64,000 bases of DNA from an uncultured cyanobacterium (GTDB taxonomy: Bacteria > Cyanobacteriota > Cyanobacteriia > Cyanobacteriales > CAWCAG01): positions 1 through 64,000 of the forward strand of contig CAWDOD010000001.1 in assembly GCA_963803805.1 (NCBI GenBank), given 5' to 3'. Shown here in pieces: positions 36,345 to 47,359 of the stretch. A program made the position numbers and the translations under genes. Every line of letters starts with the position of its first letter. Position 1 is the first letter of the stretch. Below the pieces are notes generated by a model. The model searched no databases. It was given only the letters and a program-made list of their open reading frames with translations, and was not told the DNA's origin.

Positions 36345-36552
36345 GGGATTTTACTGTCATTTAATGCCAGCTTGCGGCCACCTACCGGAATGGGCTGAAA
36401 CCACCATTTTACGTGGAGGCGGCCGACCTTTGATGGGGAGAGGGTTATAGCCGTTTTTGTTTCCCTTTTTCTTCTAGAGTTTGCTTAAGAAAAGGTAGGT
36501 GGCCGCAAAGCGCTTCTAGACACCAGGCAGGGTAAGGGTTTAAAATGAGGGG

Positions 36553-36660
36553 GTCACGACTTCCTTTTGGAAGTAAAGAAGTTGAAACATTACAGTGTAA
36601 GAGACACGATTTTTATCAAAATCCGTCACGACTTCCATTAGGAAGTAAAGAAGTTAAACA
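36553..36660 (+). CRISPR. Mini-array, 2 repeats / 1 spacer, leader type B at 36355-36552
   Basis: Repeats at 36553 (TTTT loop) and 36625 (degenerate end). Confidence 0.88.
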
Positions 36661-36804
36661 CCCTGATGCGATCGCAAAATATGTATCAAACTGCGATCGC
36701 CTCTAGCAGTATTTAGAGTGAGATAGTTTTGCTGTACTGTAAAAGCTTAATATTAAGAAAGCACTGCTTATCTTTGTGTTTTTGTTACAATCGACTCTTT
36801 AATC

Positions 36805-37228
36805 ATGCCTGCAAAAGATATCTACCACGATACTGTTAGGACAGCTTTGCTCAAAGACCAGTGGACTATCACTCACGACCCTTTGAGAATTCGTCTTACT
36901 CGTGGAAAAAATCTTTTCGTTGATTTAGGCGCAGAGCGACTATTAGCAGCCCAACGCGGAGTTGAAAAAATAGCAGTAGAAGTCAAGAGTTTTGTCAGTC
37001 CTTCAGACATGAGAAGCTTGGAGGAAGCAGTAGGTCAGTTTGTCGTTTATGCTGAATTACTGAAGCGCTACTACCTGTGAGCATACACTATACCTAGCTG
37101 TTAGCGAGAAAGTTCGCAAAAATGTTTTTGAAGAGGAAGCTGGTCTAACTATGATTGAAAATGGCATCATTCGTATAGTTACCTTTGACCAAACTAAGGA
37201 GGAAATTGTGCAATGGATTCATCCTTAA
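36805..37228 (+). CDS. xisH: XisH-family protein (frameshift/stop near 37078)
   Basis: MPAKDIYHDTVRTALLKDQWTITHDP, DLGAE, AVEVKSF; continues in another frame to EEIVQWI. Confidence 0.85.
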
Positions 37229-37551
37229 CCGAGTACCGCAACATCATCGAAAAAGTTCTACAGGACTATGCTAACTTTTTAGGGGGAGAACCAGAAGTTC
37301 AAATTGAATTAGTCTGCGATAGAGAAGGTAATCGCTACCTTTTAGTAGAGACAGGTTGGCAAAATGACTATCGCATTTATGGCAACGTGCTACACCTAGA
37401 CATTATTAATGGTAAGGTTTGGATTCAGCATGATGGAACAGAAGAAGGAGTTGCTAATGAGTTAATAGCAGCAGGTATCCCTAAAGAGTCTATAGTACTC
37501 GCTTTCCGCCATCCTCAAGTAAGAGAACATACAGGATTTGCTGTAGCTTAA
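37213..37551 (+). CDS. xisI: XisI-family protein
   Basis: GKVWIQHDGTEEGVANELIAAGIPKESIVLAF. Confidence 0.92.
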   Translation: MDSSLTEYRNIIEKVLQDYANFLGGEPEVQIELVCDREGNRYLLVETGWQNDYRIYGNVLHLDIINGKVWIQHDGTEEGVANELIAAGIPKESIVLAFRHPQVREHTGFAVA

Positions 37552-37906
37552 TCTTGCTTAAGTTGGTTTTTGAAATGATTTACCTTTTTGCTTTGAAAAT
37601 GGTTTGAGGTGAGGAATAATTAGCTAAGATTTGAGCGAATTTTAAGCTATAAGTCAGATAAAATAAAGCTTAGAGAGGATATTGCTATTACTAAAAAAGT
37701 TATTCCAACTGTCATTTAATACCAGCTTGCGGCCACCTGCCGAGATGGGCTGAAACCACCATTTTGCGTCGAGGCGGCCGACCTTTGATGGGGAGAGGGT
37801 TACAGCCGTTTTTGCTCCCTTTTTCTTCCAGAGGTTGCTTAAGAAAAGGTAGGTGGCCGCAAACCGCTTCTAGACACCAGGCAGGGTAAGGGTTTAAAAT
37901 GAGGGG

Positions 37907-38086
37907 GTCACGACTTCCGTCAGGAAGTAAAGAAGTTGAAACACTCTCTTGGCTAATTCCCTAGAAGCGCCATTTTTGTCGTCACGACTTCCTCTTGGAA
38001 GTAAAGAAGTTGAAACCCATGACAAAAAAAGTCAACTTTCGAGCTTCTGATGTCACGACTTCCACTAAGAAGTAAAGAAGTTAAAT
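37907..38086 (+). CRISPR. Mini-array, 3 repeats / 2 spacers, leader type B at 37709-37906
   Basis: Repeats at 37907, 37981 and 38052 with loop variants GTCA, TCTT, ACTA. Confidence 0.9.
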
Positions 38087-38250
38087 AACTTTATGCGATC
38101 GCAAAATATGTATCAAACTGCGATCGCATCGTTACACCTGGAGGGTATCGCTAAACATCTTGGTATAGAAGTAGGACGAAATCACAATATGCTAAGATGT
38201 TTTCCTAACAAAATATCAATAATAACTTATCTTCGAGACTTAACTTCTTT

Positions 38251-39961
38251 GTGCCAGCAAGAGACATTTATCATGACACCGTAAAACGTGCTTTAGAAAA
38301 GGATAACTGGACAATCACCAACGATCCTTTCCCCCTAAAAATCGGTAAGAAGCGCCTGTCTGCTGACTTAGGGGCAGAACGCCTGATTAGTGCGGAAAAG
38401 GGTATTAAAAAGATTGTTGTGGAAATCAAAAGTTTTGTTGGCCCCTCTAATGTCAAAGACTTAGAACAGGCTTTAGGACAATATATCTTGTACCTAGCAG
38501 GGGGACATAAAGTCTAAAAAGTAGACAGAGCAAGTTCGACAGCACGTTGCCCTTTTTTGTAATGAAAAATCCAACGGCGATTAATTTGCAAAAGTTCTGA
38601 CAAAGTTTTTTGGCACAATTGCTGTAAGCGAAGCCAGTTATGAAGATGTTGACCAACATAAAAAGAGCTATGTTTGCGCTGTGCTTGATGAGCATTTTCT
38701 GGTCGTGCTACATATTTTTGGATACCCATACGCTTAATTTTTTGCCCTTGTAGTAGAGCGCTGGTATAAGCAATAGCTACAACAATTAGTAGTTTATTAA
38801 GCTGTTGTGAGTGAAGTTTGGAACCTTCAAGATTATATCCTCCTGCTTTAAAATCACGAAACATTTCTTCAATATCAAAGCGCTTCTGATAAGCTCGAAT
38901 TGCTGTGTCTACATCAGACAAATTAGTCAAGATATACCAAGGTTCTTTTGTTTTCAATCCTTGGTAGTTTCTTTTCCATTTCCCAGCAATATTGAAAGTG
39001 CCAAATCCTTTTTTCTTCGTCACCTGTTGGTTGCTCAGAAATAGCTTTGTACCAGGAGCTAAATCAAGTTCTCTTAGTTCTTGATATAAGCCGTTTTCAC
39101 ACTCAATCTTTGTGTCACATTTCTGTCTCAAACAAAAATATGTATCCTTCTGTCTCAGCCAGCTTGCCAGTTTTGGCGAACAAAATTCTCTGTCTCCTAA
39201 TATGACTAGTTTATTCTCCTGCCTATTCTCTGATAATAACTCTATACTTTTGCTTAATACTTCTTGCTGTTCTATGAGATTGCTACTTCCTTTTTTTGAC
39301 AAGAAACTCCAATATACTGGCCATGCTCTGTTGTCGTAGATTACACTCACCATCAAAATATTTATTATTCCCCAGCTCGTTCTGTCTATTGCCAAATATA
39401 TTGTCTCCTTTGGCTTTAACATCAGAGTTAATAAACACTTTACGCATTCAAACCATACACCCTCTATGCTTAATTGTTCCTTTCTTAAAAAACGCCGCAT
39501 TTTCTTGCGCCTGCTTTCAAATAATATCGGTATTGGTAGAGCTTCTGCTAATACCTCTAACTTCACTTGCTTGAGCATTTGAAGAGCTTCTACCACTAAC
39601 ATTAATAATAGACAAGTACTTTTACCCAATTCTTTTTCAATTATTTTCTGGTATTCTTTTGCTATCATTTTCTTTTACTAGGTCAGAGCTACTGTATCTG
39701 ACCTATCTTTTTTTTACCAGCACCACCGTTTCTTTGGCTACATCTAGCTCTTACTTCTCTGTGTACCCCTGCCAGATCTTGTACCAACAAATTCTTGACA
39801 AGATGGGTATAGAAAGAAGCCTTTACTTAGCTATTTCTCAACCAACCTTTAACAGTGTATTCAATATAGAATTAGGACAGATGTTACTAGAAAATCAAGT
39901 AGTCAAGTTGATTATCTTTGATGAGCAAAGTGAGGCAATAGTAGAATGGATACCCGATTAA
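38251..39961 (+). pseudogene. xisH: Second xisH, interrupted by an IS
   Basis: ...LEQALGQYILY|QQILDKMGIERSLYLAI... restored when 38494-39784 is removed. Confidence 0.88.
38494..39775 (-). mobile_element. IS4-family element with intact transposase (38514..39668)
   Basis: TIRs CTAGCAGGGG / CCCCTGCCAG; 9-bp TSD ATCTTGTAC at 38485 and 39776; motifs IDRT, GDREF, YQKRFDIEEMFRDFK. Confidence 0.95.
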
Positions 39962-40284
39962 ACTACCAAAAGATTATTCAAACTGTTCTTCAAGATCATG
40001 CTGACTATCGTAATAGCTTCTTAGATGGTTACAATTGTCAGCTTCTTTTTGATCAACAACGAGGTCAATACTTAATTTTAGATATTGGCTGGCAAGGAGA
40101 TCAATATCTTCATGCAACTCCTATTCATCTTAGTTTAATTGATGATAAAGTCTGGATTCAGTCTGATGATACAGAAGAAGGAGTTGCTAATGATTTGATG
40201 GCAGCAGGTATCCCTAAAGAGTCTATAGTACTCGGTTTCCGCCATCCTAGAATAAGAGAACATACAGGATTTGCTGTAGCTTAA
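39946..40284 (+). CDS. xisI: XisI-family protein (second paralog)
   Basis: KVWIQSDDTEEGVANDLMAAGIPKESIVLGF. Confidence 0.92.
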   Translation: MDTRLNYQKIIQTVLQDHADYRNSFLDGYNCQLLFDQQRGQYLILDIGWQGDQYLHATPIHLSLIDDKVWIQSDDTEEGVANDLMAAGIPKESIVLGFRHPRIREHTGFAVA

Positions 40285-40639
40285 TCTTATTTAAGTTGCT
40301 TTTTGAAATGATTTACCTTTTTGCTTTGAAGATAGGGTTGGTGAGGAAAGATTAGCTAAGATTTGAGCAGATTTTGAGTTATAAGTCAGATGAAATAAAG
40401 CTTAGAGAGGATATTGCTATTGCTGAAAAAGTTAGTTCAACTGTCATTTAACACTAGCTTGCGGCCACCTGCCGAGATGGGCTGAAACCACCATTTTACG
40501 TGGAGGCAGCCGACCTTTGATGGGGAGAGGGTTACAGCCGTTTTTGTTCCCCTTTTTCTTCCAGAGGTTGCTTAAGAAAAGGTAGGTGGCCGCAAACCGC
40601 TTCTAGACACCAGGCAGGGTAAGGGTTTAAAATGAGGGG

Positions 40640-40823
40640 GTCACGACTTCCTTTTGGAAGTAAAGAAGTTGAAACATCTTTAATGGCTGAGATTATCCAG
40701 CGTTCTTATTTTGAAGTCACGACTTCCTTTTGGAAGTAAAGAAGTTGAAACACCTCACACATCGCTTTGCTGAAGCGTCCATCTCCTCCGCCGTCGTGAC
40801 TTCCATTAAGAAATAAAAAAGTT
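40640..40823 (+). CRISPR. Mini-array, 3 repeats / 2 spacers, leader type B at 40441-40639
   Basis: Repeats at 40640, 40716 and 40793 (last one degenerate). Confidence 0.9.
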
Positions 40824-41496
40824 GGGTTCTGTAGAACCAGTTTTTGGGCAACCAAAGCAGTAATTACCGGAACTGCTTTTGTATTAGACTTTATCGGAAA
40901 TAGTGGAGAAAGTGATTGAGGCGATCGCATCTTCCTCTAACTTTTACTGGTTATGCAACTTGCAACACTTCACTACCTCTTTTGGAGCGGTGAGTAAGGC
41001 GGAAATTATGCAACCCACAGGCTGTTTCCATCACATCATCACCTAAAGTGAGCTAACCAATTGCGGAACTTTTGTACCACAATCTGACACCTCTTGATAC
41101 CTCCTATTTGAGAAAGTTTGGTCTGGTTAGAGTTATTTTAATGGGGCTTTTTAAGAAAATCAACTGATTTACCTTTTGGCTTAAAGATAAATTAGTTATG
41201 GGTAAGTATGATGTTGATTTTGGGAAGTTAATGGCAGTTAATGCCTATGGATATTACCTCTAGGAGTTTATTTTAGTTAGCTAAAAAGCTGTTTTATTTA
41301 TCATTTAAGTCTAGTTGCGGGCCATCTCAGAAAATCTCTGAAACCCCCATTCTTTCGTTGAGATGGCCCATCCATTGCTCTGTAAGGATTTGAGGCACTT
41401 TTTTCCTGTTGCTTTATTCGTCAACATAGATGTTTTTAGGGGATGGCCCGAAACCGCTTCTAGACACTATGCAGGGTAAGGGTTTAAAATGAGGGG

Positions 41497-41824
41497 GTCG
41501 TGACTTCCATTAGGAAGTAAAGAAGTTGAAACCGCATAAAGCCAGGTTGCGCTGTTTTGTATCATACAGTCGTGACTTCCATTAGGAAGTAAAGAAGTTG
41601 AAACGAGGGTTATTTGCAGAAGCTAGTTCGTTGCTTTGTGTGTCGTGACTTCCATTAGGAAGTAAAGAAGTTGAAACAACTAGTTCCTCCAACAGGTAGG
41701 TCGAGGAGATATTCGTCGTGACTTCCATTAGGAAGTAAAGAAGTTGAAACAATATCATAGCGCGTGGTGCGGCGTGATCCATCATCACGTCGTGACTTCC
41801 ATTAGGAAGTAAAGAAGTTGAAAC
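41497..41824 (+). CRISPR. CRISPR array, 5 repeats / 4 spacers, GTCGTGAC variant, leader type A
   Basis: Repeats at 41497, 41569, 41642, 41715 and 41789. Confidence 0.97.
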
Positions 41825-41965
41825 CTCTCAACTATGAAAAGTGCGATCGCGAAATATTAGTCATACCAAATATTGCGATCGCAATATTTGCAGCATAAAA
41901 ATCCTCAAACTCTGCTGCGGTGTAGCCTACCCTCACCAACAACCTACGCTATTACCAGATCGAAT

Positions 41966-44900
41966 ATGACCAGAAAAAACAAGCAAACACCAGAAAAAGA
42001 TCATCAAACCTTCGCCGCAGAAAACAAGATTGCTCGTCAACTTATCACCAAATTTTCCCAAGCTTTCATAAGTTGGTTTCCCTTCGGAAGTAGTGGCTTT
42101 GCCTTAGTTTCCTTACTTCTCAAACAAGAATGGTTCATCACCTTTCTGGTTTTCCCCCTCATGATCATCAGCATCGCTTGGGGAGCTTTCACCACCAGCT
42201 TTTTGAAGCAAATCCAACACCATGCCCAAGAAATTGGTCAAGAAAGTGCAAACGCTTTTGTTAGGTGGCTAAGAGCTATTGCCACCGCCCTCAAATGGCA
42301 ACTGGCAGGGGTAGAGGATAAATACTTGCAATGCCAAGGAAACGCTTGCCTTTATTACACCACAGAAGGTTATCAAACCACCTTCAAACCCTTGCTCCAA
42401 GATGTCTTTGTCCCTTTAGAATTAAGCCCTAACTTTTTCCGGGCTGCTACTGGAGAGTATGTCCCGATGGTTGGTGGTTATGGAGGAGAAATGCAAGGGG
42501 AAGAGGGGTTTACTATTTGGGATGTTTTACAAAGGACGAAAACTAATCCTACCTACCGCAACCTGGTGATTTTAGCTTTAGGAGGTTATGGCAAAACCAC
42601 TTTGTTGCGACATATCACCTATACCTACAGTCAGAAAAAACTATTAAGAGGTGTTCCCAAACTCTTGCCAGTGTTGCTACTACTCCGCAAGTGGCAAGCC
42701 TTGATAGTTAAGGAAAAACCTGACCTTGTTACTCTGATTGAGAAATATCATCTTCCTTCCCTGCCTCAAGGAAAAGATTTATCAATACCTAATAAGGGAG
42801 TAGCAAAGAAAAGAGATACCATGTAGGAAGAGTAGAGGAAGAGAAGTAGAGAGAAAACAATGGCACGGACAAAGATAGAACTACCAGCTAAAGTGCAAGC
42901 AAGTCTCAAAGATGCCTCAAGGAAACTAACAGGAGTAAAGAAAAGAGCGTTTATAGCGAAGGTAACATTGGACTACTTTAATGGTAGCCCAAGACAAGCC
43001 GAAAGCTATATGGGTTGGTCAAGAAAAGCAGTAGCTAAGGGGTTAGAAGAATTAGAAACAGGAAGAATCTACCAGGACAATCATCATGACAAAGGAAGAA
43101 AGAAAACAGAACAAAAGAATCCTCTCCTAGAAGAAGATATACGTTCTCTGGTAGAAAACGATGCTCAAGCAGACCCAAAATTTCAGACAGTATTTTGTTA
43201 TGCCAGAAAAAGTGCCAGAGCAGTGAGGGAGGCATTAGTAGAAGAAAAAGGCTACCAGAGTGAAGAATTACCTTCTCGACAAACCGTAGGAGCAATCTTG
43301 AATCGGATGGGATATCGTTTAAAAAAACACAAAAAGTCAAACCCCTAAAAAAAATCGAGGAAACTGATGCGATCTTTGAGAATGTAGCTCAAAGGAAGAA
43401 CGAATCAGACTGTAACCCCAAATCGTTGAGAATATCGATAGATTCCAAAGCCAAGGTGAAAATAGGAGATTTATCAAGGGGAGGATACGACAGAAATATT
43501 GAAGCCCCCAAAGCCTTAGACCATGATTACCAATCCCAAGCTACTTTAGTACCCTTTGGTATTCTTGATGTGCTAGGGGAGCAACTGTGGATTTATTTCG
43601 GACAGAGCAAGGAAACAACGGATTTTGTCGTTGATTGTTTAGAACAGTGGTGGAAAGATAACGGTGATGGTTACGAAGGTATAGAAGAATTAATGATTGA
43701 GTTAGATGGAGCCGGTCAAATTCGTAGTAATCGCACTCAATTCATCCAGAGAATTGTCGCCTTTTCTCAACAGAACAACTTGAAAATTAGGTTAATTTAT
43801 CACCCTCCTTATCACAGTAAATATAACACTATTGAGAGGTGTTGGGCTTGTTTAGAAAACTACTGGCGTGGAGCCGTATTAGATTCGAGAGAAGCAGCCA
43901 TTGCTTGGGCCAAAAATATGACCTGGAAGGGAGTTAAACCAATAGTAGAATTAGTGGAGAAGACTTATCAATCAGGTATAGTCCCAAGTGTAGAAGAGTT
44001 AGAAACGAGCAAACAGAGTTGGCATCCTTGCCCAAAGTTACCATGCTGGGATATCAGCATTATGCCCCAGGTCTAAGTGGTACTTTATTTCTTTGCTAGC
44101 CCCTAACTGGGTAAAAAATCTCCTCCATCAAAATAAGATGCTTATTATGTTAGATGGATTTGATGAGGTTAAACAGGAGTGGCGACAAGAAGTGGGACAA
44201 TGGATTGCTGAGGTGATGCACCACTACCCTGGTGCTTGTTTTATTCTCACTTCCCGACCTACAGGCTACCAAGCTTTTCCCTGTGAGAATCAACCTAATC
44301 GTTTACGAATCAAGGCTTTTAATCAAGGACAAAGGGAGAGGTTTATTCAAAGTTGGTATTTGAGTCGGGAAAAGCAAGTGAGTGCTAAACCCTACAATCC
44401 TGTAGTTAAGGAGGTTGCTAAACAAAAAGCAGCTAATCTGATTCAGCAGTTACAAGCTAGGACAGAGTTAAATGATTTGGCTCAAAATCCTTTGTTACTG
44501 AATATGATTGTTAACCTCCATAGCGTTGCACCCACAGACCACAGTGATTTGTCTCGCCCTATTCAATTGCCTCAAAGGAGAAAGGAACTTTATCGAGATA
44601 TTTTCCGTTTGCAGTTAGGGGACAGACCTACGGTTAAGCAGGTTGATATGTATTTAGAGGCGGAAGAGTCGCAACAAGTGCTACAAAGTCTCGCTTTGTC
44701 TATGATAAGAAATAATCAATCTACCCTTCCCTATGAACTCTTGCTTCAGCAAATTAAAGAGAGTTTGCAGAATTACAACTTCTCTGTCACTCCCCAGCAA
44801 TTTCTGCAACAGATGGTTGATGTCAGTGAACTTTTGGTTAAACGGGATGAAGATTATGAGTTTGCCCATTTGAGTTTCCAGGGTTATTTAGCTGCCCAAG

Positions 44901-45586
44901 AAGTTCACCGCACCCATCAGGAAGATTTGTTGATTGAGCATTGGCAAAATCCTTGGTGGCGAGAAACTATCCTCCTCTATGCAGCACAGTTTAACCCTAA
45001 CCAGTTACTCAAACAGTTGATGAAGTTGGGAACCCAAGAAGCAGTGGCTTTAGCACTCACCTGTATTAAAGAAACTCTGCGGCAAGTTGACCCAGATATA
45101 GAACAGGAGCTTAAAAGTTTAGAGTTAGAAATTCAAAAACTACTCTACAACCCTTTGAAAAGTTATTTAGCTAACGGGCAATGGCAAAAGGCGAATCAAG
45201 AAACTAATCGCGTTATGGTTCAAGTGGCTAAGAAAGAGCCAGGAGAACTTTTGGAGCTAGAAGATATAGAGAGGTTTCCTTGTCAGGATTTAGGGATTAT
45301 TGATGATTTGTGGGTTCAATATAGTGGAGAGAAGTTCGGTTTTACTGTGCAAAGGGATATTTGGTTAAGCTGCGGTGGTCAAGTAGGAATATACGAACCA
45401 GATGTTTATGAAAACTTTGCTACCCAAGTTAGATGGTATGACCGGAAGCAGCAGCAATGGTACAAGGAAATAGAGTTTAATCTTGATACTACTCCCCCAG
45501 GTCATTTACCAACCCTTTACTCTATCGCTTCTACCCATAAAGTCCATCTTTTTTCCCGTAGTCATTGTAGTAAGCTTTCAATCTGA
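41966..45586 (+). pseudogene. TM-NACHT NTPase with C-terminal GUN4 domain, split by ISAzo13-like element
   Basis: Walker A GGYGKTT, LDGFDE, NPLLL, FAHLSFQGY; GUN4 FPCQDL..IDDLWVQYS..KFGFTVQ..PPGHLP. Removing the IS and one TAA restores GKDLSIPNNWVKN. Confidence 0.88.
42796..44103 (+). mobile_element. ISAzo13-family element (ORFs 42860..43348 and 43426..44076, frameshift in A-run)
   Basis: TIRs GGGAGTAGCAAAGAAA / TTTCTTTGCTAGCCCC; TAA duplication; RISIDSKAKVKIG, PPYHSKYNTIERCW. Confidence 0.9.
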
Positions 45587-46482
45587 CTTAGCAGTTTTTC
45601 TATTTTCTTTTGCTTCTTGGGATCATTCCAACAATTGGAAGAATTAAGCCGACGGTAAGCTCTCCCTAGTCTATCTTTCAAAGAAGAAGACTCTACTTGG
45701 GGTACAATAGCCCTAATTTTTGCTTTGATTTGGGAAAGAGAAAGATTATTCTCAATTGCTTCTGCTAATAACTCTTTCCTAACCTCCAAATCCTTAACTT
45801 TGGCAATTGCAGTAGCTTTTGTATAAGCTATTTGTCCCTTCCTTAGAACCTCAAGAATTTCTTCTGGCAACTTTCTTAAAGGAAGACGGCTTTTAACAAA
45901 TGACTCCCAAGTTATTGTTCCAAGAGAATTAAATAACTCCTTGATAGCTTCTCCTTGAGAGCTACCCAAAACGTTTTGGGTAGCTTTTCCCTTGACCTCA
46001 TTTTCCATTCGATAGAGCAAAGAAGTAGCTTCAGGTAAGGTTTTATTTAAACGTAGGGCCAACAGTTGTAAAATCCCTTCTGTTTCTTCTATAGCATTAA
46101 GATCCACTCGTTGGAGATTTTCAACTAAGGCCAACTGCTGTGCCTCTTCATCATTAAGCTCTTTAATAACAACAGGCACTTCTTCAAGTTCTGCTTCAAT
46201 AGCTGCACGGTAACGCCTCTCTCCAGCAACCAACTCATACTCTCCCACATTCAGAGGTCTAACTAGCAGGGGTTCAAGAATGCCATGTTGCCTCACGGAA
46301 GCTATTAACTGCTCCATTTTTTCTGGGTCAAAGTAGCGTCTAGGCTGTTGACGGGGCTTTTGAATTAAACTGATAGCGACTGATTGAGTAGCCGCTTCTG
46401 TAGCAGGTTGGTCAAGAAGTCCTGCTATACCCTTAAGTTGACTGGTATAAGGTTCATCTTTTTTTTTACGTGTAGTTGCCAT
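45562..46482 (-). CDS. parB: ParB partition protein
   Basis: QPRRYFD, GILEPLLVRP, LVAGERRYRAA, ENLQRVDLNAIEE. Confidence 0.95.
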   Translation of the reverse strand: MATTRKKKDEPYTSQLKGIAGLLDQPATEAATQSVAISLIQKPRQQPRRYFDPEKMEQLIASVRQHGILEPLLVRPLNVGEYELVAGERRYRAAIEAELEEVPVVIKELNDEEAQQLALVENLQRVDLNAIEETEGILQLLALRLNKTLPEATSLLYRMENEVKGKATQNVLGSSQGEAIKELFNSLGTITWESFVKSRLPLRKLPEEILEVLRKGQIAYTKATAIAKVKDLEVRKELLAEAIENNLSLSQIKAKIRAIVPQVESSSLKDRLGRAYRRLNSSNCWNDPKKQKKIEKLLSQIESLLQ

Positions 46483-46491
46483 ACAGAAAAG

Positions 46492-47259
46492 TTAAGGTAG
46501 TTTTTCCAAGTCTCTAACGATTTTTTGAAGTAGTTTGACCGCAGGATGCTTTGGTTTATAGATAGCCAAAGGAACTCTCTTTTCGCTAGCATCAGCAAAA
46601 GCAACGGAACGAGGGACAGGATCGTAAACTGTAGCTAAGGCAGAAAGTTGTTCTTTGATAGCTTTATAAGTCCTTGTTTCTTGCGCTGTACGACTATCGT
46701 ACATGGTGGGAATAAACCCAGCAAACTTAAGTTTAGGATTAGCTGATTTCCGTAATCTGGCTACGGTATTTAACAACAAATCTGTCCCCTTAAAAGCTTT
46801 GAACTGAGTTTGAATCGGTACTAAAACGTGAGTAGATGCTACCAAACTAATCATAGTCAGAATACCTAAGCTAGGAGGACAATCGATAAGGATAAAGTCG
46901 TAGTCCTTAGTTGCCTGGGCCAAAGCATTTTTGAGACGCATCTCTCGCATGAGAGCAGAAACTAACTCCAATTCCGCAGCGCACAAATTTATGTTAGAAG
47001 GAGCTAAGTCCATATTATGGATTCCTTTATGAATAGTCAAAGGTTCCTCTCCAACAACTGCTTGATAAACTGTAGCTTCCAAATTAGCTGGCTCAACTCC
47101 CATGAAAGTGGTTAGCGAGGCTTGAGGATCTATATCTACCAATAGAACTCGATTCTTGCGCTCGGCTAAATGGTAGCCTAGATTCATAGTTAAACTAGTT
47201 TTCCCAACACCACCACATTGGTTGAACAGGGCGATAATATAATTCGACTTCTTAGGCAT
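46492..47259 (-). CDS. parA: ParA partition ATPase
   Basis: NQCGGVGKT, DIDPQASLT, IDCPPSLG. Confidence 0.96.
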   Translation of the reverse strand: MPKKSNYIIALFNQCGGVGKTSLTMNLGYHLAERKNRVLLVDIDPQASLTTFMGVEPANLEATVYQAVVGEEPLTIHKGIHNMDLAPSNINLCAAELELVSALMREMRLKNALAQATKDYDFILIDCPPSLGILTMISLVASTHVLVPIQTQFKAFKGTDLLLNTVARLRKSANPKLKFAGFIPTMYDSRTAQETRTYKAIKEQLSALATVYDPVPRSVAFADASEKRVPLAIYKPKHPAVKLLQKIVRDLEKLP

Positions 47260-47359
47260 CTACTTCTCAACATCATAGGTCAAAAGATTTTCATTGCGTA
47301 CAATCATATTTCTAATCCTTTTACTTGTAGTTTAAAACGATAGTATTCTGTACTTCAAC

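Noticed and set aside
38017-38051. Spacer sharing CAAAAAAAGTCAAC with the protelomerase gene (self-targeting)
   Set aside because: Only 14 bp, half of it an A-run, and same sense as the mRNA. No convincing in-window target was found by eye for any spacer.
39659-39784. N-terminus of ORF 39659..39961 as a new protein
   Set aside because: IS terminus fused in frame to the xisH C-terminal half.
36805-40284. xisHI as part of an fdxN-type excision element
   Set aside because: No XisF-like serine recombinase or interrupted nif/fdxN gene in the window.
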